From positions 2,720,001-2,784,000 of the forward strand of contig OY781945.1 in NCBI GenBank assembly GCA_963677435.1: a stretch of DNA of 64,000 bases, written 5' to 3'. The DNA comes from an uncultured Aliarcobacter sp. (lineage in GTDB: Bacteria; Campylobacterota; Campylobacteria; Campylobacterales; Arcobacteraceae). The position numbers and the translations under genes were made by a program. Below the pieces are notes generated by a model. That model worked only from the letters and a program-made list of their open reading frames with translations, did no database searches and was not told the origin of the DNA. Positions 59,365 to 64,000 of the stretch are shown here, piece by piece; the stretch's first letter is position 1; every line of letters begins with the position of its first letter.

Positions 59365-61260
59365 TTATTTTGTATATTTAAATGGCCCAACAACACCAAC
59401 AGTTGAATTTTTTTGAGCATCAGATGCACTACTTGCTAATGCATAATCAGCATCAGTAGGCTCAGTTTCTCCAAATGGATGTTGAGTAACTAAAGTTAAA
59501 TATCCAAATCCATTAATATCTTTATACCAATATGGAGATGTTGTCTCTGATCCATATGGAGTTGAAGCAATTCTTGTTAATTTTTTACTAACAGTATCAT
59601 AAGACCATAAAAAGTCATTTGGATGAGCACTTGTATCTTCCCCAATAATAAGCGTATCTTTATCTTTTAAGTATGTAACATTATCTGGACTTGCAATGCC
59701 ATTAACTGAACAAGTATAAGCTGCATAAGGAGAATCTTTTGGATAAGTTTCTGGAACACCTACAATTTCAGCAGCAGTATTTAAAACAACATATTTACTA
59801 TCAATTACTTTATTTGTTGAATCATAAATAGTTTCTGTAGAATCAGATACTTTTAATCCGTACACTGCACCACATTTGTTTTTAGCAACTTTAATATCTC
59901 CTATAGTATCAGCCATACCTTTAGCAACTTCACTCATTGAAACATAAAGTTTTCTGGCATTTGGATTAAATGTGATACCCTCTTCTTTTCTAAATTCAGT
60001 TGTTGCACCCAAATATGATGCGTATCTTCTTGTTTCCAAAAACGCTGCTTGTTTTTCTTTACCTGTTTTTACTCGTAAGCATTCTTTACCTGTTGCTGTA
60101 TTTACAAAAGTAAATCCACTATTACAAGTATCTCCCGATTGAACACTATCTGTATCAAAAATATCACTGAATTTTGGTTGTGAAGTTACAATTGTTTTAA
60201 TTTCCGTATCACTTGCATGACCTAATTTAATCCATTGAATATTTGCTGTTCCAGCCCCAACTCCAACAGCAGAAGTTTGAATCCATTTTGCAGCATATAA
60301 ACTACCTGCACTTAAATCTTTTGCCTTATCAGCTACATACATATAAAAACCGACATTTGTTCCATCATCAGATAGATATGCTGTTTTTTCATCAGGCATA
60401 ACATAGGCTAATTCCCAAGCTCCTCTACCCATACTAAAATGTTTTGTATAATTATATGTTGGAGTTGAACCACTTGCATCAACTTTTACTTCTGGTATAT
60501 ATCCATAATAATATGGATTATTATTTAAACTTGCATTTGCATTGTTTTCATCTTTCCAATATAACTTTGTCACTTCATCATAATATTTATCACTTGTAAG
60601 CATAGTTTTAGGATTTAAATTAGTTTCTACAAACCTTGCATTAGGCTCATACTCTTCTGAACCTAAATGTGATTCCCATGGAGTTGTTACACCAGCACAA
60701 TGAACCCAGCCACCAAATCCATCTGCTTGAGAAATATATTTCATAGTATTTGGTTTTACAGATAATGCTCCCGTAGTTTTATTCTGTTCTAATTCCATAC
60801 CATACATTGAACCTACTTCACATTCAAATTGACTCACCATAAATAATTTACCATTTTGTTGAAGAATAGATGAGTGATCAACTCCTGAACCTAATAATCC
60901 TCCATTAGTTCCATTACAGATATAAGGGGAACTATCAACATTTGAAACGATAGGTTTACCACGATAATCTTTTGCTGCACCAAATATTTCTGCATTGTTT
61001 ACAGTACCAGCTGAAATTAAAGTTGTATATCCTATATTATCAATTTTTCCATCTGAATAAGTTACAGATGAACTTGTTCGAATTGACATTTTGTCTGAAT
61101 CTTTAATTGGAGCAGTAACTTCAGAAAAAGCTAATTTTGTAACTTTTGTCTCTGTTGTATTTGCGCTAGAAATACCATTAGTTTCATCTGTCCAACAACC
61201 TGAAAAAGTTACTAATGCTAATAATGCACTAACTCCAACACTTAAACAAACTTTTTTCAT
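59365..61260 (-). CDS. phoX: PhoX/DUF839-family alkaline phosphatase, lipoprotein
   Basis: HCAGVTTPWESHLGSEE, MGRGAWE, YLSDD, RKEEGI, SPDNV, IGED, QHP; lipobox FSGC; AAGGA RBS before the ATG at 61260. Confidence 0.85.
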   Translation of the reverse strand: MKKVCLSVGVSALLALVTFSGCWTDETNGISSANTTETKVTKLAFSEVTAPIKDSDKMSIRTSSSVTYSDGKIDNIGYTTLISAGTVNNAEIFGAAKDYRGKPIVSNVDSSPYICNGTNGGLLGSGVDHSSILQQNGKLFMVSQFECEVGSMYGMELEQNKTTGALSVKPNTMKYISQADGFGGWVHCAGVTTPWESHLGSEEYEPNARFVETNLNPKTMLTSDKYYDEVTKLYWKDENNANASLNNNPYYYGYIPEVKVDASGSTPTYNYTKHFSMGRGAWELAYVMPDEKTAYLSDDGTNVGFYMYVADKAKDLSAGSLYAAKWIQTSAVGVGAGTANIQWIKLGHASDTEIKTIVTSQPKFSDIFDTDSVQSGDTCNSGFTFVNTATGKECLRVKTGKEKQAAFLETRRYASYLGATTEFRKEEGITFNPNARKLYVSMSEVAKGMADTIGDIKVAKNKCGAVYGLKVSDSTETIYDSTNKVIDSKYVVLNTAAEIVGVPETYPKDSPYAAYTCSVNGIASPDNVTYLKDKDTLIIGEDTSAHPNDFLWSYDTVSKKLTRIASTPYGSETTSPYWYKDINGFGYLTLVTQHPFGETEPTDADYALASSASDAQKNSTVGVVGPFKYTK

Positions 61261-61323
61261 TTTTATATTCCTTGTTCTATTTTTAATCAGCTTTACAGCA
61301 CCTATTTTCAAATAATTTCTATT

Positions 61324-61357
61324 AGTATAAAAATAAAAAATTACAAACTGATAACAA
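61324..61357 (-). promoter_or_regulatory. Pho box and -10 for phoX
   Basis: Minus-strand TTGTTAT-CAGT-TTGTAAT (61357-61340), 10 nt spacer, TATACT. Confidence 0.75.
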
Positions 61358-61383
61358 TAAATATTATGCTTAAAAAATAGATT

Positions 61384-61417
61384 TTGTCACTATCTTGTAA
61401 TCAAAGCCTTTTATAAT
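61384..61417 (+). promoter_or_regulatory. Pho box and -10 for the olsF-like gene
   Basis: TTGTCAC-TATC-TTGTAAT (61384-61401), 10 nt spacer, TATAAT. Confidence 0.8.
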
Positions 61418-61438
61418 TTTATTAAAGTAGGAGTATTA

Positions 61439-63151
61439 ATGATAGATGTACAAAAAGAGATTGAGAAAAAATTTCCAAACATGGATAAAAAAGAGAACTT
61501 TCTAAAAAAATCTTTATTCAAAATTGCAAAAAAGATTGTTCATGAAGACTCAATAAACCAATTTTTAACACAAAACGCACACCTAAAAGGATTTGAATTT
61601 GTTGATGCGGTATTAGATTATTTTGATTTTGATTATACGGTTTCAAGTAGTGACTTACAAAATATTCCCACAAGTGGGAAAGTTATGATTATTGCAAATC
61701 ATCCTTTAGGTGGGCTTGATGCTTTATGTTTATTAAGATTGATTTCACAAGTGCGAAAAGATGTAAAGATTGTTGCAAATGACTTTTTAGCAGGATTTGA
61801 AGCTTTACATTCACTTTTAATCCCAATAGATAATTATAAAATTAGACAATCAAAAAATGATATAAAAAAAGTATATGAAGCTTTAAATAATGAAGAAGCT
61901 GTGATTATTTTTCCAGCAGGAGAAGTTAGTCGAGCGACACCAAAAGGAATAAAAGATCCACTTTGGAATAAAGGTTTTTTAAACTTTGCACAAAATACAA
62001 ATTCACCAATTCTACCAATATTTTTAGATGCAAAAAACTCAAAAACTTTTTACACAATTTCTGTAATAAACAAAACATTTTCAACTCTTTTGTTATCACA
62101 TGAAATGTTTAATAAAAAATCAAAAAGAATTGGTGTAAAAGTTGGACAAATTATTCCAAATGAAAACATTGCCCCAAAAGGAATAGATAAAAAATTTCTA
62201 TTAAATCTTTATAGAAAACATCTATATAGTTTGAAAAAGGGGAAAAAGTCTTTTTTTGAAACCCAAAGTGCAATTGCACATCCCGTAAGCCGAATTGATT
62301 TATTAAATGAGCTAAAAAAGTCAAATCTTATTGGTCAAACAAATGATGGAAAAAAAATATATTTATACGATTACACAGAAGATTCAATAGTTTTAAAAGA
62401 GCTTGGTAGATTAAGAGAGTTATCTTTTAGAAAAGTGGGTGAAGGTGTAAATAAAAAAAGAGATACGGATAAATATGATATTTATTACCAACATATTATT
62501 TTATGGGATGAAAATGATTTAGAGATTGTGGGTTCTTATAGAATTGGAAACTCTGATTTTATTTTTAAAAATATCGGTGTTAAAGGTTTTTATTCAAATA
62601 CTTTGTTTAAATATAATGAAGAGTTTATGCCTTATTTAAAAGATTCTATCGAGCTTGGACGAAGTTTCGTGCAACCAAAATATTGGGGAACAAGAGCTTT
62701 GGATTATTTATGGTTTGGAATTGGTGCATATTTAAGAACTAATCCAAATATCAAATATATGTTTGGTCCAGTTTCAATCAGCGCATCATTCCCAAGAGTT
62801 GCAAAAGATATGATGATATTTTATTATTCTCACTATTTTGGTGATGATGAAAACTTAGTTGAGCCAAAAGTTCCTTATTCTTATTCTAGTAATATTTTAG
62901 AAATTAAAGAGCTTTTTGATTTAAATGATAAGAAAAAAGATTTCAAATTTTTAAAATCAAGTTTAGCAAATATTGGGGTTTCTATTCCTACACTTTATAA
63001 ACAATATAGCGATATTGCAGAAGAAAAAGGTGTTAAATTTTTAGGATTTAATGTTGACAATGATTTTGCTGATTGTATTGATGGATTTATTTTAGTTGAA
63101 GTAGAAAAGATAAAAGATAGCGCTAGACAAAGGTATATAGAACGAGATTAA
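61439..63151 (+). CDS. olsF: Bifunctional acyltransferase (PlsC-like + GNAT), OlsF-like ornithine lipid synthase
   Basis: ANHPLGGLD (HX4D), IFPAGEVS; C-terminal ELGRLRELSFR.VGEG..DTDKYD, GSYR, ELGRSFV, LWFGIGAY. Confidence 0.75.
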   Translation: MIDVQKEIEKKFPNMDKKENFLKKSLFKIAKKIVHEDSINQFLTQNAHLKGFEFVDAVLDYFDFDYTVSSSDLQNIPTSGKVMIIANHPLGGLDALCLLRLISQVRKDVKIVANDFLAGFEALHSLLIPIDNYKIRQSKNDIKKVYEALNNEEAVIIFPAGEVSRATPKGIKDPLWNKGFLNFAQNTNSPILPIFLDAKNSKTFYTISVINKTFSTLLLSHEMFNKKSKRIGVKVGQIIPNENIAPKGIDKKFLLNLYRKHLYSLKKGKKSFFETQSAIAHPVSRIDLLNELKKSNLIGQTNDGKKIYLYDYTEDSIVLKELGRLRELSFRKVGEGVNKKRDTDKYDIYYQHIILWDENDLEIVGSYRIGNSDFIFKNIGVKGFYSNTLFKYNEEFMPYLKDSIELGRSFVQPKYWGTRALDYLWFGIGAYLRTNPNIKYMFGPVSISASFPRVAKDMMIFYYSHYFGDDENLVEPKVPYSYSSNILEIKELFDLNDKKKDFKFLKSSLANIGVSIPTLYKQYSDIAEEKGVKFLGFNVDNDFADCIDGFILVEVEKIKDSARQRYIERD

Positions 63152-63177
63152 AAAAGAGTAGTAAAAACTACTCTTTT
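63152..63177. terminator. Bidirectional terminator
   Basis: AAAAGAGTAGT-AAAA-ACTACTCTTTT perfect inverted repeat between convergent genes. Confidence 0.75.
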
Positions 63178-64000
63178 ATTATTTTAACTTTTTTCTTTTT
63201 ATGTCTATTTATATATAACATGAATCCAGTTATTGTAAACAGTGCCATAAGCGCTGAAGCTAAAAACATACCAATTTGTCCAATAAGGCCAAAATATTCC
63301 CCTGTGTGTAAAGGTAAAATACTTCTCATTAGTTGTTCATTTAAAGGTTTATCTTCAAATTTATCATGTTTTATTACTTCATTTGAATTAATATCAAGTT
63401 CTAATGTATTTACTTCTCTAAAGTAGTCTGATTTATCAATTAAATAACTAAAACTATAAACTGTTCCTTTTGGAGGAAATTTTACCGATGCAGTGTAATA
63501 ATTCATTTGAATAGTTGTATTAAATAAATCTACTGCTTTTTGATAATCATCAAAAGTAGCTACATTTTGTGAAGTTGGGATTTGTTCAATTTTTTCGCCA
63601 TCAACTCGTTGATTATCTTTATTTCTAGGTCCTCTTTGCCCTTGTGAATTATCCCTTTGTTGAGGATTTTTCATTTGTGCAGGCATATTTCTTTGAGGTT
63701 TTTCAACTCCTGCTATTTTATATAATGCTGCGTTGTACCAATCATATGACCAATAAAGTCCAGTTAATGCAGCAAGAAGATAAAAAGGTAAAACCCACAT
63801 ACCAACTGCACTGTGCATTGTTGAGAGAAAAGCTCTTCCATGATGTTTAAAACTAAATGTAAAACTCTTGAAAAATGCTCTTTTTATTCTTCCCCAATAA
63901 ACAACTACACCACTAAAAGCAAGAATAATTAAAGCTACTGTTGAAAAAGCAACTATTTGTTTTCCTACTTCTCTCATATTTCCTTCAAAAGCTAACCATC
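63168..64000 (-). CDS. PepSY-associated TM-helix membrane protein (5' end outside the window)
   Basis: SGVVVYW, MHSAVGMW, LTGLYWSY, LHTGEYFG; the frame stays open to the window edge. Confidence 0.85.
   Translation of the reverse strand, partial: WLAFEGNMREVGKQIVAFSTVALIILAFSGVVVYWGRIKRAFFKSFTFSFKHHGRAFLSTMHSAVGMWVLPFYLLAALTGLYWSYDWYNAALYKIAGVEKPQRNMPAQMKNPQQRDNSQGQRGPRNKDNQRVDGEKIEQIPTSQNVATFDDYQKAVDLFNTTIQMNYYTASVKFPPKGTVYSFSYLIDKSDYFREVNTLELDINSNEVIKHDKFEDKPLNEQLMRSILPLHTGEYFGLIGQIGMFLASALMALFTITGFMLYINRHKKKKVKIIKE

Noticed and set aside
61261..61311. Upstream TTG start for phoX (and similarly extended starts at 51999, 56453, 42505, 30533 and 29645)
   Set aside because: Downstream ATGs have better placed RBSs or give cleaner N-termini

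Overview
Very AT-rich chromosomal segment, most likely from an Arcobacteraceae (Campylobacterota) bacterium. That call is an inference from protein style, AAAGGA ribosome-binding sites and the many REC/PAS signalling genes. Housekeeping genes (ftsH, prmA, dusB, rlmH, thiE, accD, metK, glmS, groESL with a CIRCE, ispA, panD, xseA, ubiE/menG, mfd) are interleaved with two-component, HD-GYP, GGDEF and chemotaxis genes. No rRNA, tRNA, CRISPR array, IS or prophage was recognised. The strongest candidate for an undescribed system is a nine-gene operon (16867-24825). It is built around a cbb3/cNOR-like heme-copper oxidoreductase homologue that keeps its three heme histidines but has a remodelled non-heme metal site and no cytochrome c subunit. 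Its partners are a MacB-type ABC pair, YceI, a phosphoesterase and a cognate two-component system. Other points of interest: back-to-back pho boxes driving a Sec-lipoprotein PhoX (next to an uncharacterised di-heme protein) and an OlsF-like ornithine lipid synthase; a TGGAAAACAA repeat array in the metK leader; two unannotated small transcripts; an orphan cowN; an AbiGi-like gene frameshifted in an A7 run; an apparent ATC start codon; and two degenerate histidine kinases. All family calls come from motif recognition by eye, not database searches.
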